Notes: generated by a model not told the origin, from the sequence alone. A stretch of DNA of 64,000 nt from Candidatus Iainarchaeum sp. (GCA_043816965.1 JBDRHK010000015.1:3548-67547); one strand, 5' to 3'; shown: positions 8,444 through 18,388, numbered from the stretch's first letter. Numbers and translations are program-made.

Positions 8444-9414
8444 GAAATACCACCCATTATTGACCTTGAACCAAACAATACAACTGTAAAGCAGATGTAT
8501 GCCACTAATAAGAGGAGTGGGAAGTATATAATACTTTTGCTCATCTTTCCATCTCTCATAAGTGAAATCATTATGCTTGCCGCAAGGGTTTCTATAAGAA
8601 CATATATCTGGATAAGCAGGGTTATGTCCTCCCTTGCCTTATCAGCAGCTTTGATTGCGGCATCATCTGCAACACCCTGGGCCGCAAGTATTAGGAAGCT
8701 TACAACAGTTGAAATAAAACCAAAGATTGCGGGAGCAACCAATGAGCCTGCAGTTACTAAGAAGATTACCTGCAGGCCTGTTTTTGACCTTCTTTCCTTG
8801 TTTATTCTATGTGTGGATCTGACATCTTCCGCAATCTGCTCAAGGATATCTGCCAATCCAGCACCTGCCTTGACAGAGTCAACAATTATTGTGACAGTTC
8901 TCTGTATAAGCCTTGAATCAATCTTGGAAAGAACTTTCAGCGAATTCTCGAAGTTTTCCCCCTCCTCAAGCTTCCTCAGGACATAGCCCATCTCCATTTT
9001 CAGTGCCCCATATTCGGATGCGGCAACTTCCCTCAGGGCATATTCATATGTTCCCCCGGCCCTCAATGTGTCGGCCATCTGCCTCAGCGCATCAGGCAGG
9101 GTTTCCTCAATTTCATCAATCCTTTTAAGTGCGTTCAGCAGGGGAAAGCCGATTGTAAGGTCAATGGCAACTATAAAAACTACTAATGGCAGGCCAGCCA
9201 GAACGCTCGTAAGAGAATCCATTTCAAGATAGTTTATCAGGGCATCAGAACCTGCCCAGGAACCGACAACAAGAAAAATCGACAAAAAAATGGAAAACAA
9301 AATCCAAAGGAAAGGGTCAAACCTGAATCCGCTCCATGCAAGCATTTTTGAGTAATATTTCAAAAAGCCTATGCTGTTCAGGACAGGAATCCTTTCCATC
9401 AGTCTCAATGCCAT
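8440..9414 (-). CDS. Type II secretion system F-domain membrane protein (TadC/FlaJ-like)
   Basis: T2SSF-like cytoplasmic helical domain (LPDALRQMADTLRAGGTYEYALREVA...AGAGLADILEQIAEDV) flanked by TM helices. Confidence 0.75.
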   Translation of the reverse strand: MALRLMERIPVLNSIGFLKYYSKMLAWSGFRFDPFLWILFSIFLSIFLVVGSWAGSDALINYLEMDSLTSVLAGLPLVVFIVAIDLTIGFPLLNALKRIDEIEETLPDALRQMADTLRAGGTYEYALREVAASEYGALKMEMGYVLRKLEEGENFENSLKVLSKIDSRLIQRTVTIIVDSVKAGAGLADILEQIAEDVRSTHRINKERRSKTGLQVIFLVTAGSLVAPAIFGFISTVVSFLILAAQGVADDAAIKAADKAREDITLLIQIYVLIETLAASIMISLMRDGKMSKSIIYFPLLLLVAYICFTVVLFGSRSIMGGIS

Positions 9415-9418
9415 AACA

Positions 9419-10570
9419 TCACACCGTCGGTTGCGCTATTTTTAGGTAATAAACAAGTAAAATCATTATCCCTGGCATAAGCACCAGGTAGAATATTCCC
9501 ATCATTGTGGGGTTAAGCCCAAGGCCGCCAACATTCGGCAGTGGGGAGTTTGTTATTCCCCCAATAACGGCAACAAACACAGGAATAACAATTGCCATAA
9601 AGATAAATATCACCCCGAAGAAATTCATCTTCTCCCCGAAATCCCTCATCGCAATCCTGAGCTCAAAAGAAACATCCTCGGCAATCTTGTTCATTATGTC
9701 CGAGAGGTTTCCCCCTGTCTTAAGCGCACGTATTATGTGGAGCAATGCGCTTCTTAAGGATTTGGATTCTGTCCTCAGTGCAAAGTGCCTTAGGGCAACT
9801 TTAGTGTCTGTTCCCTCCTCAACCTCGGAAATGGTCCTTGAAAATTCCTCTGAAAGGACGCCATAATCAGAAACAGCGATTGCCTGCAGTGTTTTGTAAA
9901 GCCCTATTCCTGCCTTTAATTCTGTTGACATATGCCTGAGGGCAAAGGGAAGCTCAACACTGATTTCCTTACCCCTCTTCATTGCCTTACTTTTTGGGTT
10001 GAGGAAGCAGATAATGGCTGCAAATAGGAACACAAAAATTGCAATAATCGGCGAAAGCAGCAAAATTAAGTTGTTGTCAAGGAACCAGCCAAGTCCTGCA
10101 AACAAAAGCAGCACAAAGAATGCAGCAATCACTGAAACAGAGGTTGAAATCGCAAGATATTGCTGGATGCTGTATTTCATGTTTGCGCTGTAAAGGTAAT
10201 AGCCTAACTCCCCCGCCCCCGGCATTCTTCTCAGAATCTTTGAAATGAACTTTAAGGGAAGCTCAAACAAAAGATAAACCCTGCCCAAGCTCCTGATTGT
10301 GGGGGAACTGAATTCAGTTAAATCCTCAATTCCCTGCACCCTTATTTTTGACAGCTGGCTTTCGGCAATTATTCCCCGCAGTTCGCTTAATCTGCCGCCA
10401 ACTTCCTCAAATTCAACTCCCTGATCCCGATATTTTTTTTTCATCCTGGTTACAATCTTGTCCACCGCATCAAGGTCGATTGATTCCTCATCCTTTTCAA
10501 TCGCGCCGAACTTTTTGGCCGTTTTCTTTTTTTCTTCAACCTGTTTTCTCAGATCATCAAGTTCAGGCAT
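9419..10570 (-). CDS. Type II secretion system F-domain membrane protein (TadB/FlaJ-like)
   Basis: [26 protein letters not shown]...[16 protein letters not shown] plus TM helices. Paired with 8440..9414 like TadB/TadC. Confidence 0.75.
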   Translation of the reverse strand: MPELDDLRKQVEEKKKTAKKFGAIEKDEESIDLDAVDKIVTRMKKKYRDQGVEFEEVGGRLSELRGIIAESQLSKIRVQGIEDLTEFSSPTIRSLGRVYLLFELPLKFISKILRRMPGAGELGYYLYSANMKYSIQQYLAISTSVSVIAAFFVLLLFAGLGWFLDNNLILLLSPIIAIFVFLFAAIICFLNPKSKAMKRGKEISVELPFALRHMSTELKAGIGLYKTLQAIAVSDYGVLSEEFSRTISEVEEGTDTKVALRHFALRTESKSLRSALLHIIRALKTGGNLSDIMNKIAEDVSFELRIAMRDFGEKMNFFGVIFIFMAIVIPVFVAVIGGITNSPLPNVGGLGLNPTMMGIFYLVLMPGIMILLVYYLKIAQPTV

Positions 10571-13500
10571 ATTCTCCCCTCTTCTTTAGCAGGTGGTCCT
10601 GGCAGGCTTTTGATACCTCTTCTATAGACCTTATCTTCTTGTCAACAAGGCTCTTAAGAAACCTTTCCCTGTCCTTAAGTTCGGCATCAATCTGCTTTTT
10701 TGACAGTCCGGTGTATTTTTCAAGTGTCCTGAGGTATGCGCTGGAGAAATTGGACCGAATGAGTTGATCAGTTATTGCATCCCTTTCGAAAAGGGTTTGG
10801 GTTGTTGATTTGCCCTCCAAGACCCCGCCAACCTCCGCCATCTCGGTAATTCTTCTAATGGTGCCTTTTTTCCTGTCATGAAGCCTGTGTTCTATAAGCA
10901 CGAAATCAAGCCCTGAAAGCATCATCTTAGGGACATTCATCGGAGGGCTTGTGACCCTTACTAGTGCCTCTTGGGGAGAGTTTGCGTGGACAGTCCCCAT
11001 GCAATTTGAAACAAACAAGCCATTGGCAATGTAATTGTGGTTATCTTTAACAGTCAGGTCGTAAACATATCCCTCGAATTCCCGGTCCTTCACTTCAACT
11101 ATTTCCTCGAACCTGAAATCAGATTCAACTAATTTTAAAAGTTCCTTTCCAATGGAATTTTCGGAAGTTATCATTGCAATTTTTTCCAGTTGCCCTCTCG
11201 ACGGATTTCTTTGGTTAGTTTCGTATGCCTCAATCGTTGACCTTGTTTTTGCATTCATAAAAGATGCCAATTCTGTTTGCGTTAAGTAACAATCGCTCCT
11301 CGCCCTTTTGATTAAACCGGAAATTTTCGGGAACAAATCCATCGAATTTTTTGAAACTTTCAATAGTCCTGCTAGTTTTTGCCTTTTTGCAGAATGCCTG
11401 AAGCCGATTTTCCCCTGGTATTTTTCAAGGTTATCCTTACCATAAATTGAAATTCTGTAGTAAGGGCCAATATTTCCTTTGCCGTCTTTTTCCTGAATAT
11501 TTGTTGAGGAGTGAATCCCGAATCTCTGGAGAATCATCGGAAGTTTTTTTGCCAGGTCGGGGTTTGATGTTGAGAATTGGATTGAGTTTGAATGCAGATT
11601 CACATGGGCCTCAGCATCGAAAAACCCGCATAATAATTCCCCGATATTTGACTCACTTGAACTTAAAGCCTTTTTCGTTATTTTGAATTTTTTTGTTTTA
11701 TTCCCTAGAGGAATATCATACTCCTCTTCAAAAAGTTTAACCAATTTTTTGTCAAAAACATTTACTCTGGAATAGTTTCCATAGTTTTTGACCGATACCT
11801 TGTTTTTGGTGGTTTTTCCAATCCCGTCCGCAAAATTTTCAATGACTGATTTTTCGTTGTTCACAAACTGAATCCCTTCGCTGTGAATGTGCCCATCTCC
11901 ATAAATCAATCCTGCCAAGTAGGGATGTTTTATTTTTTCCGTGGCACTAATCGTGATTGCCTTTGGAAATGCAATGAAATCCCCCCCCTTTGCCTCTTCA
12001 GAATTTATTTCCTGAATGCCATTATGTATCCTGTAAATCGGATGGTCTTTTGTCAAACAAATGCGTTTTCCTGAGCGGGTTTTTATTATTTTCATCATTT
12101 CTTTTGTTTTCTTCTTCCAGACCCGCGTAATTGGCCTGTTTTCAATTTTCAATGTCTTTTTGTTAAAGCTTGGGACAAGCAGTTCTTCACTTAATTCAAC
12201 AAATTTAAATTCTCCGTCGCTTATTGGACATGTTTCATTAAATTGCCTTTCAACAAAATCCCCAATTGCCTCAATATTCCCGTCTGAAAACTGAATTAAT
12301 GTTTCTCCATTTAATGCGCCTTCATGGCCGGTATTCATGGCGGTAAAAAGCGAGAATGCCTCATCATGCCTTATCTCACCAACTATAATTCTGTCAGGCC
12401 TCATCCTGAGGGAATTTTTAGTCAAAATATCCATTGTTATTTCCCCAGTTCCCTCCATTCCCGGGGGCCTTGATTCAAGCCTTATCCAGTGTTTTAAGGG
12501 AAGGTTCAGTTCTGCAGTGTCCTCAATTGAAACAATCCTTTCAGAAGCAGGAATAAATGAGGCAAGAACATTCAAAGTTGTTGTTTTCCCTGAACCGGTT
12601 CCTCCCGCAATCAGAATGTTTGCGGGCTTTACCCTCAATCCCTCAACACAAAGCCAGAGGAATGCAGCGGTTTCAAGGTTTACTGTATTGAGGTTCAGCA
12701 AATCAACTATTGACAACGGGTCTTCCCTGAATTTCCTTATAGTGAGGGTTGCACCACTTACAGATATGGGGGGGATGGTCGCATTAACCCTGCTCCCATC
12801 AGGGAGTCTTGCATCCAGCAAGGGGGCGGAAATATCAACCCTTCTTCCCACCTGCCTTCCTATCCTGTTTACGAGGTCCTCTATCTCGGACTCGGAAAAG
12901 AATTCAATATTGGTTTTCATCATTTCATATTCCCTGTGGAAAACATAAACCGGGCGTTTTGCGCCAATAACCATAATTTCCTCAAGCCTGTCATCCTTTA
13001 TCAGGGAATCAATAAGCCCATATCCGACCATCTCCCTCACAACAGCATCTGCATAAAACTCAAATCTTCTAGTTGGAATCCTTAACTCTTTCGAGGTCTG
13101 CAGGATTTCCATTATTTTCTGCTGGTAAACACTTCTCCTCTCTTCAGGGTCACGGATTTTGTAGGGGATTATGCTGATTATTCTTGTTGCAGCTTCCTTT
13201 ATTGTGTTGATTATTGTTTTATCCCCCTTCGTCGGCCTTGGCACAGGGGTATAGTAGTACATCAGGGGTTGGCCAGGAATTTCATATATTGTCGTATTTC
13301 CGTAAGATGCAACCTTAATTTTCTTTACATTTTCCATCTCCTTTTCGATTGTTGATTTATCCGGTTCTTCCTCTCCTTCTTTGGCGGGAATTCCCTCCAC
13401 CGAGGCAGGCCCCTTAGGCACTTCAGGGGATTTTCTCCTCTCAAAAATGTTCATAATCCCCTCCTTCCTGCTCTCAATTTCAGGAGTCTCCTCTTTTACC

Positions 13501-13682
13501 GGGGCAGCCACTGGCTCTTGGCGGGCCAAAAATTCATCTGCAGAAGGACCATTGGCTATAGGTTGCGAAGTTGCAGGGCCAGTTTCTATAGTAGACCCCT
13601 CTACCTTAATCCCCTTTTTTTCCTTTGCCTTTCTAATCAGATCATCCAAAGGGTTAGACATATATATCCCATTAATCAACAA
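10563..13682 (-). CDS. Type IV pilus/secretion ATPase (VirB11/FlaI/KlbA family) interrupted by an intein
   Basis: Walker [33 protein letters not shown]. The conserved AMNTGHEG...CMGTVHANS box is split by 438 aa. The extein alone would be ~601 aa with a low-complexity acidic N-terminal extension. Confidence 0.9.
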   Translation of the reverse strand: MLINGIYMSNPLDDLIRKAKEKKGIKVEGSTIETGPATSQPIANGPSADEFLARQEPVAAPVKEETPEIESRKEGIMNIFERRKSPEVPKGPASVEGIPAKEGEEEPDKSTIEKEMENVKKIKVASYGNTTIYEIPGQPLMYYYTPVPRPTKGDKTIINTIKEAATRIISIIPYKIRDPEERRSVYQQKIMEILQTSKELRIPTRRFEFYADAVVREMVGYGLIDSLIKDDRLEEIMVIGAKRPVYVFHREYEMMKTNIEFFSESEIEDLVNRIGRQVGRRVDISAPLLDARLPDGSRVNATIPPISVSGATLTIRKFREDPLSIVDLLNLNTVNLETAAFLWLCVEGLRVKPANILIAGGTGSGKTTTLNVLASFIPASERIVSIEDTAELNLPLKHWIRLESRPPGMEGTGEITMDILTKNSLRMRPDRIIVGEIRHDEAFSLFTAMNTGHEGALNGETLIQFSDGNIEAIGDFVERQFNETCPISDGEFKFVELSEELLVPSFNKKTLKIENRPITRVWKKKTKEMMKIIKTRSGKRICLTKDHPIYRIHNGIQEINSEEAKGGDFIAFPKAITISATEKIKHPYLAGLIYGDGHIHSEGIQFVNNEKSVIENFADGIGKTTKNKVSVKNYGNYSRVNVFDKKLVKLFEEEYDIPLGNKTKKFKITKKALSSSESNIGELLCGFFDAEAHVNLHSNSIQFSTSNPDLAKKLPMILQRFGIHSSTNIQEKDGKGNIGPYYRISIYGKDNLEKYQGKIGFRHSAKRQKLAGLLKVSKNSMDLFPKISGLIKRARSDCYLTQTELASFMNAKTRSTIEAYETNQRNPSRGQLEKIAMITSENSIGKELLKLVESDFRFEEIVEVKDREFEGYVYDLTVKDNHNYIANGLFVSNCMGTVHANSPQEALVRVTSPPMNVPKMMLSGLDFVLIEHRLHDRKKGTIRRITEMAEVGGVLEGKSTTQTLFERDAITDQLIRSNFSSAYLRTLEKYTGLSKKQIDAELKDRERFLKSLVDKKIRSIEEVSKACQDHLLKKRGEYA
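11004..12317 (-). mobile_element. Intein (438 aa) with LAGLIDADG homing endonuclease and HTH insert; Ala1 ... Ser-Asn / Cys+1
   Basis: Boundaries by hand: GHEG|[10 protein letters not shown]... and ...[13 protein letters not shown]|CMGTVHAN. Block [18 protein letters not shown] motifs [13 protein letters not shown] and [13 protein letters not shown]. Visibly more AT-rich than the flanking extein. Confidence 0.85.
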
Positions 13683-13827
13683 CGTTTCTTTTATTTAATG
13701 GTTTTGGCACGGCTATTTCCCTCCGGGAACTTGCACCCTTCCGGGCACAAGCGAGCTCCGTGCACACGGCGGCTCCCTACGGGGAACCTTGTTCGCTGCG
13801 TTCGCCAATTTGAATTATAAAATCAGC

Positions 13828-15732
13828 CTATTCCTTAGTTTCAATTTCCTTTTTCAATTTTTTTACAAATTCGCCAATCTTAAGCGCCTTCAATACCTTT
13901 TCATCCCTTGTGCGGGGAGTTACGGTTTTTCCTTTTTCTTCCCTTTCACCGACAACAACCATGTAATTAATTTTTTTCATCTGCGCATCCCTTATTTTGT
14001 AGGAAACAGTTTCAGTCCTCAAATCCAGTTCGGTTCTGATTCCCCCGGCCAGCAGTTTTCCATTCACGTCCTCCGCATAATTATTAAATTTCTCACTGAC
14101 AGGAATAACCTTAACCTGAACAGGGCTCAACCAAAGTGGGAACCGCCCGGCATAATGCTCAACAAGAATCCCCATAAACCTTTCAATCGAGCCATAGCAC
14201 GTCCTGTGGAGCATGGTTGGCCTGTGCTCTTTGTCATCCTTTCCGATATAGGAAAGTTCAAACTTCTCAGGCATAGTAAAATCAAGCTGGATTGTTCCGC
14301 ACTGCCAACTCCTTCCCAAAGCATCATTGATATGGAAATCAATCTTTGGCCCGTAAAATGCGCCATCGCCCTCATTCAATTTGTAATCAATCTTCTTTGC
14401 ATTCAATGCATTTTTCAATCCTGATTCTGCGGCCTCCCACATCTCAGCAGAACCCATTGCCTTCTCTGGTTTTGTGCTTAATTCGATTCTGTAATCCTTG
14501 AAGCCAAATGTCCCGTAGATGAAATCAAAAAGATCAATCACGCCGATAACCTCGCCCTTAATCTGCTCGCTTGTGCAATAAATGTGGGCATCATCCTGGG
14601 TAAATTTCCTCACCCTGAACAAACCATTCAGAACCCCGGAAAGCTCATGCCTGTGAACAGTTCCCAGCTCGGCAATCCTTAATGGCAAATCCCTGTAGGA
14701 ATGCCTCCTGGTTTTGTAAATTAAAATTCCTCCAGGACAGTTCATTGGCTTAACAGCATAATCCTCCTCATCAATTTGCGTAAAATACATGTTCTCCTTG
14801 TAGTGGTCCCAATGCCCTGACTTTTCCCACAACTCCCTTTTCAGGATTATGGGTGTGTTGACCTCGCCATAGCCTCTCTTAGAATGCTCATCCCTCCAGA
14901 ATTTCAGGAGCTCATTCCATATCACCATTCCATTCGGATGGAAGAAGGGAACCCCCGGAGATTCAGGGTGGAATGAGTAAAGCTCCAGATCAGTTCCAAT
15001 TTTGATGTGATTTCTTTTCTCTGCCTCTTCAATCAAATGCAGCCACTCATCCAGCATTTTTTTCTCGGGAAAAGCAATTCCATAAATTCTTGTAAGCATT
15101 TTATTTTTTGAGTCTCCTCTCCAATAAGCCCCTGCAATTTTTGTCAATTTAAAGGCGTTAATATAATGCGTATTTGGAACATGTGGCCCTTTGCATAAGT
15201 TATCAAATTCGCCCTGGCGATAGATGCTGACTTTCCCGCCCTTAACTGCATTAACCAGTTCAGTTTTATATGGGTCATTTTTGTAAAAGGCGAGTGCCTC
15301 TTTTTTGGGAACATCCCTTTGGCTTATCCCCCGTTTTTCCTTCACAATCTTCCGCATTTCTTCCTCAATTTTTTTTAGGTCCTCGGGATGCAGTTCTTTT
15401 ATATCATAATCCTGGTAAAAACCGTCATCTATTGCCGTACCCACGCCCAAACCAATATTTTGGCCTTTAAAGACCCTTAATACTGCCTGGGTCATAATAT
15501 GGGATGCGCTGTGCCAGAAAACGCTTTTTCCTTCATCATTTTTGAAAGTGATTATCTCAATCTTCCCATTTTTTTCAATCGGCTTGTTCAAATCCAGCAA
15601 TTCATCATTTACCTTAACCGCGAGCGCGGCCCTTGCAAGGCCGCTGCCTATTGATTCCGCTATCTTCCCGCCGGTAATGCCCTTCTTGAACTTCTTTTTC
15701 GAATTATCCGGAAATGTAAGTTCAATATCCAT
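13828..15732 (-). CDS. thrS: Threonyl-tRNA synthetase (TGS + bacterial/eukaryal-type N2 editing domain + class II core + anticodon-binding domain)
   Basis: MDIELTFPDNSKKKF (TGS), FWHSASHIM (editing-domain His motif), class II motifs, 634 aa from ATG 15732. The track ORF start at 15960 adds 76 implausible residues over the promoter region. Confidence 0.9.
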   Translation of the reverse strand: MDIELTFPDNSKKKFKKGITGGKIAESIGSGLARAALAVKVNDELLDLNKPIEKNGKIEIITFKNDEGKSVFWHSASHIMTQAVLRVFKGQNIGLGVGTAIDDGFYQDYDIKELHPEDLKKIEEEMRKIVKEKRGISQRDVPKKEALAFYKNDPYKTELVNAVKGGKVSIYRQGEFDNLCKGPHVPNTHYINAFKLTKIAGAYWRGDSKNKMLTRIYGIAFPEKKMLDEWLHLIEEAEKRNHIKIGTDLELYSFHPESPGVPFFHPNGMVIWNELLKFWRDEHSKRGYGEVNTPIILKRELWEKSGHWDHYKENMYFTQIDEEDYAVKPMNCPGGILIYKTRRHSYRDLPLRIAELGTVHRHELSGVLNGLFRVRKFTQDDAHIYCTSEQIKGEVIGVIDLFDFIYGTFGFKDYRIELSTKPEKAMGSAEMWEAAESGLKNALNAKKIDYKLNEGDGAFYGPKIDFHINDALGRSWQCGTIQLDFTMPEKFELSYIGKDDKEHRPTMLHRTCYGSIERFMGILVEHYAGRFPLWLSPVQVKVIPVSEKFNNYAEDVNGKLLAGGIRTELDLRTETVSYKIRDAQMKKINYMVVVGEREEKGKTVTPRTRDEKVLKALKIGEFVKKLKKEIETKE

Positions 15733-15855
15733 ATTCACCACTATAATGCTTACTATGAATTCATTAATAAATAATTTAATATAATAAGCCCATAAACTGA
15801 ATTTTACCAATTTCGCGCAGAAGCAGATTAAAGCACTTCTTTCCCAAAATTTTAT

Positions 15856-17088
15856 ATGATTTCGCCCTCGTTCTGCGTAAGGTGCAAGGGAAGGGGCTGG
15901 TGTGGGGGAAACTGCAGAATTCTCGAAAAGCACACCAACCAGCTGAAGGCTCTTTCCCAATTCTCAGGCACAGAACTGCATGGAAACAGCCCTCCTGCGC
16001 TTTTTGTGGGAAGATACGGCTACCCAAAAGTGAATTTAGCCCCGCTTTCCCCGCCATCGATACTCAAGGATTCCTCCATTCTGGAATCCCCTGAAAGGTG
16101 GTTTGGCCTGTCGCAGGAAAAAATAATTTCCATGCGCGAGCAGTTGGTTAGGGGCAATATAAAGGTTGAAATCAATTCAGCAAGGGACCCCTCCTACCAA
16201 ATCGGCGAAATTCAGGAAACCGCAATGGCAGCCTCCCCGGTAGAAGTTGAAATTGATTTGAAAAACCGGCCCATCCCAAAACTTTCCTTCTCAGATTCCT
16301 CTGCACCAATGGGGCCTAGTGCGGAGATGAAAAAATTCACCCTCACTGAAAATCCATCAATTCCCACTAAAGTGGATTACCTGGTTTCTGATACTGATGT
16401 GCTAAGCACAACCGCCCTCAACGAATTATACCGTTCAGGAATTCCTGTTTCTTCCCTGAGCAAATTATTAAGTGCCGGCCTTTTAGGTGTGAAAAAAAGA
16501 AGAAAGTTTGTTCCGACCAGGTGGGCGATAACAGCTGCAGACTCCAACATCGCAAAAGAGATGGTTGAGGAAAAGGTAAAGGGATTCCAGCAGATAGGTT
16601 CCCATTTCCTGTTCAATTCCAACTACCTTGACAACAACTTTTTTGTCCTCCTGATTCCTGGCGAATGGCAGTTCGAGCAGCTTGAGGCATGGGCTCCTGG
16701 AGGAGTGTGGACAGAGGGGGCGAAAGAACCGAGTGTAATTTCTGATTTCGAATTTTACGGAGGGAGGAAGAAATATGCGGACAATGTTGCAGGCGCCTAC
16801 TATGCGGCAAAGCTTGCAGTTGCAGAATATCTGGTGAAAGAGAAGAGGCAGGCAGGGGCGTTAATTTTCAGGGAGATTGGAGCTGGCTACCAGACGCCAA
16901 TGGGCGTTTGGGTAATTCGCGAGGTGGTAAGGAATGCCTTCTCCAAAAAACCAATGGAATTTTTCGATTTGAATTTGGTGCTAAAATACATCGAATCCAG
17001 ATTAAAAATCCCGATGAAATTCTACCGAAAGGAAAGCAAAATCCTCGAAAGAATAAGAACACAGCGCAAATTGAGTGAATGGTATTAA
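15856..17088 (+). CDS. nreA: NreA-like (Nre family, DUF650/DUF651) DNA repair protein with C-terminal PIP box
   Basis: N-terminal Cys cluster CVRCKGRGWCGGNC, ~410 aa, and a C-terminal QRKLSEWY* fitting Qxx[LIM]xx[FWY][FWY]. Family assignment is from memory. Confidence 0.6.
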   Translation: MISPSFCVRCKGRGWCGGNCRILEKHTNQLKALSQFSGTELHGNSPPALFVGRYGYPKVNLAPLSPPSILKDSSILESPERWFGLSQEKIISMREQLVRGNIKVEINSARDPSYQIGEIQETAMAASPVEVEIDLKNRPIPKLSFSDSSAPMGPSAEMKKFTLTENPSIPTKVDYLVSDTDVLSTTALNELYRSGIPVSSLSKLLSAGLLGVKKRRKFVPTRWAITAADSNIAKEMVEEKVKGFQQIGSHFLFNSNYLDNNFFVLLIPGEWQFEQLEAWAPGGVWTEGAKEPSVISDFEFYGGRKKYADNVAGAYYAAKLAVAEYLVKEKRQAGALIFREIGAGYQTPMGVWVIREVVRNAFSKKPMEFFDLNLVLKYIESRLKIPMKFYRKESKILERIRTQRKLSEWY

Positions 17089-17705
17089 TCAGAACTTTCC
17101 AGTTCCTTAATCCCTTTCTCAATCTCCGCCTTTAATTCCTCATATGTGTCGGTAATTGGAATCCCGTGCTTTTCTTTTATGATATTTTTGGGCGGCCTGA
17201 AGAAAACCCCCCTATCCGCCTCCTTCAAAAACGTAATATCGTTGTAACTGTCCCCGACCCCAATTATTTTAAAACCCATTTCATGGAATTTTTGAACGGC
17301 CTTCTTTTTCCCGTCCTGCTGCCTTAGGGAGTAACCAATCAATTCCCCGTTTCCATTAACCTCGATGTTGTTGCACAACAGCGGCGGATAGCCAAGCTGC
17401 GCAACCAATGGCATTGCAAACTCGTAAAATGAATCAGAAAGAATGATTGGAACACTCCTTTCCCTTAACCACTGGATGAAATCTTTCGCTCCCTCAAGAA
17501 CACCCATTGAGCCAATCACTTCCTGTATCTCTTTCAGCCCAATGCCGTTCTCTTTCAGGATTCCAAGCCGCCATTTCATTAATTTATCATAATCTGGCTC
17601 ATCCCTGGTTGTTTTCCTCAGGACCTCAATACCTGTTTTTTCAGCCACTCCAATCCAAATCTCAGGGGTAAAAACACCCTCAAAATCAAGGCATACAAGA
17701 ATCAT
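17085..17705 (-). CDS. thrH: HAD-superfamily phosphoserine phosphatase / homoserine phosphotransferase (ThrH-like)
   Basis: MILVCLDFEGVFTPEIWIGVAEKTGIEVLRKTTRDEPDYDKLMKWRL..., ILSDSFYEF and GDSYND, 206 aa. Very similar in length and motifs to Pseudomonas ThrH as I recall it. Confidence 0.75.
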   Translation of the reverse strand: MILVCLDFEGVFTPEIWIGVAEKTGIEVLRKTTRDEPDYDKLMKWRLGILKENGIGLKEIQEVIGSMGVLEGAKDFIQWLRERSVPIILSDSFYEFAMPLVAQLGYPPLLCNNIEVNGNGELIGYSLRQQDGKKKAVQKFHEMGFKIIGVGDSYNDITFLKEADRGVFFRPPKNIIKEKHGIPITDTYEELKAEIEKGIKELESSD

Positions 17706-17782
17706 CGCTTATTCACTTTAGTGATTGACTATAATTAGTTTTTTAATTGTATTAGTTAACGCCGTTATTTTTCCACCATCCC

Positions 17783-18388
17783 CTAATCCTTCGGCAAGTG
17801 GCTTTCAAGTAAATCTCTATTTAGATTAACGCTCGGGTACTTATACCTTGCTTCTTCTTCCAGGAGCTTTAAAATGACTGACAAGCCATAATTTGCGCTT
17901 TCAGCAGTTACCGATTTCTTAACCATGCTGCCCAGTTCTTTGGAATATCTGCTGATTAGTTCATCCCCCTCAGGTTTCCTGCCAACAGTTCTGGCGTCGC
18001 CCCTCCGATGCGTGAACCATTCAAAAGTATGTGGCATTGAAATCTGATTTTTCCCGTAAAACAGCCTAGATACCTCTACTTTGGCACCAGTCAGTTCTTT
18101 CAATTTATTCGCGAGAATATGGGATGACGGCACAGTTTTCCAACGTCGTGAATAATCGCCTATAAATATATCGACGACCGTTATTTCTTTTGGAAATTCC
18201 CCTTTATTTTTAGGCAAAACGCGGTATTTTTTCAGTGCTGTTTGAAACTTTTCATTTTGTGTTTTATCATCCTTGTTTCTATCGGCACTAAATGGCAGAA
18301 GGATTAGCCGGTTTTTCGCTTTTCCATTCTTTGCGCCCCTTGCAACTGCATTAGCCATTTGGTAACCAATTCTTGCCCCTACATCCAT
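17783..18388 (-). CDS. Hypothetical protein
   Basis: ORF only. 32 open codons lie upstream in frame back to a TGA (see finding). Confidence 0.4.
   Translation of the reverse strand: MDVGARIGYQMANAVARGAKNGKAKNRLILLPFSADRNKDDKTQNEKFQTALKKYRVLPKNKGEFPKEITVVDIFIGDYSRRWKTVPSSHILANKLKELTGAKVEVSRLFYGKNQISMPHTFEWFTHRRGDARTVGRKPEGDELISRYSKELGSMVKKSVTAESANYGLSVILKLLEEEARYKYPSVNLNRDLLESHLPKD

Noticed and set aside
15733-15960. 5' extension of the ThrRS ORF (76 extra residues), with similar extensions for orc1 (39769), rfcL (43636), cdc48 (28721), the 34740 ORF and the SpoIIM-like ORF (60628)
   Set aside because: The extensions run through AT-rich promoter-like DNA, overlap neighbouring genes or promoter motifs, and precede family-typical N-termini that begin at internal ATG/TTG codons.
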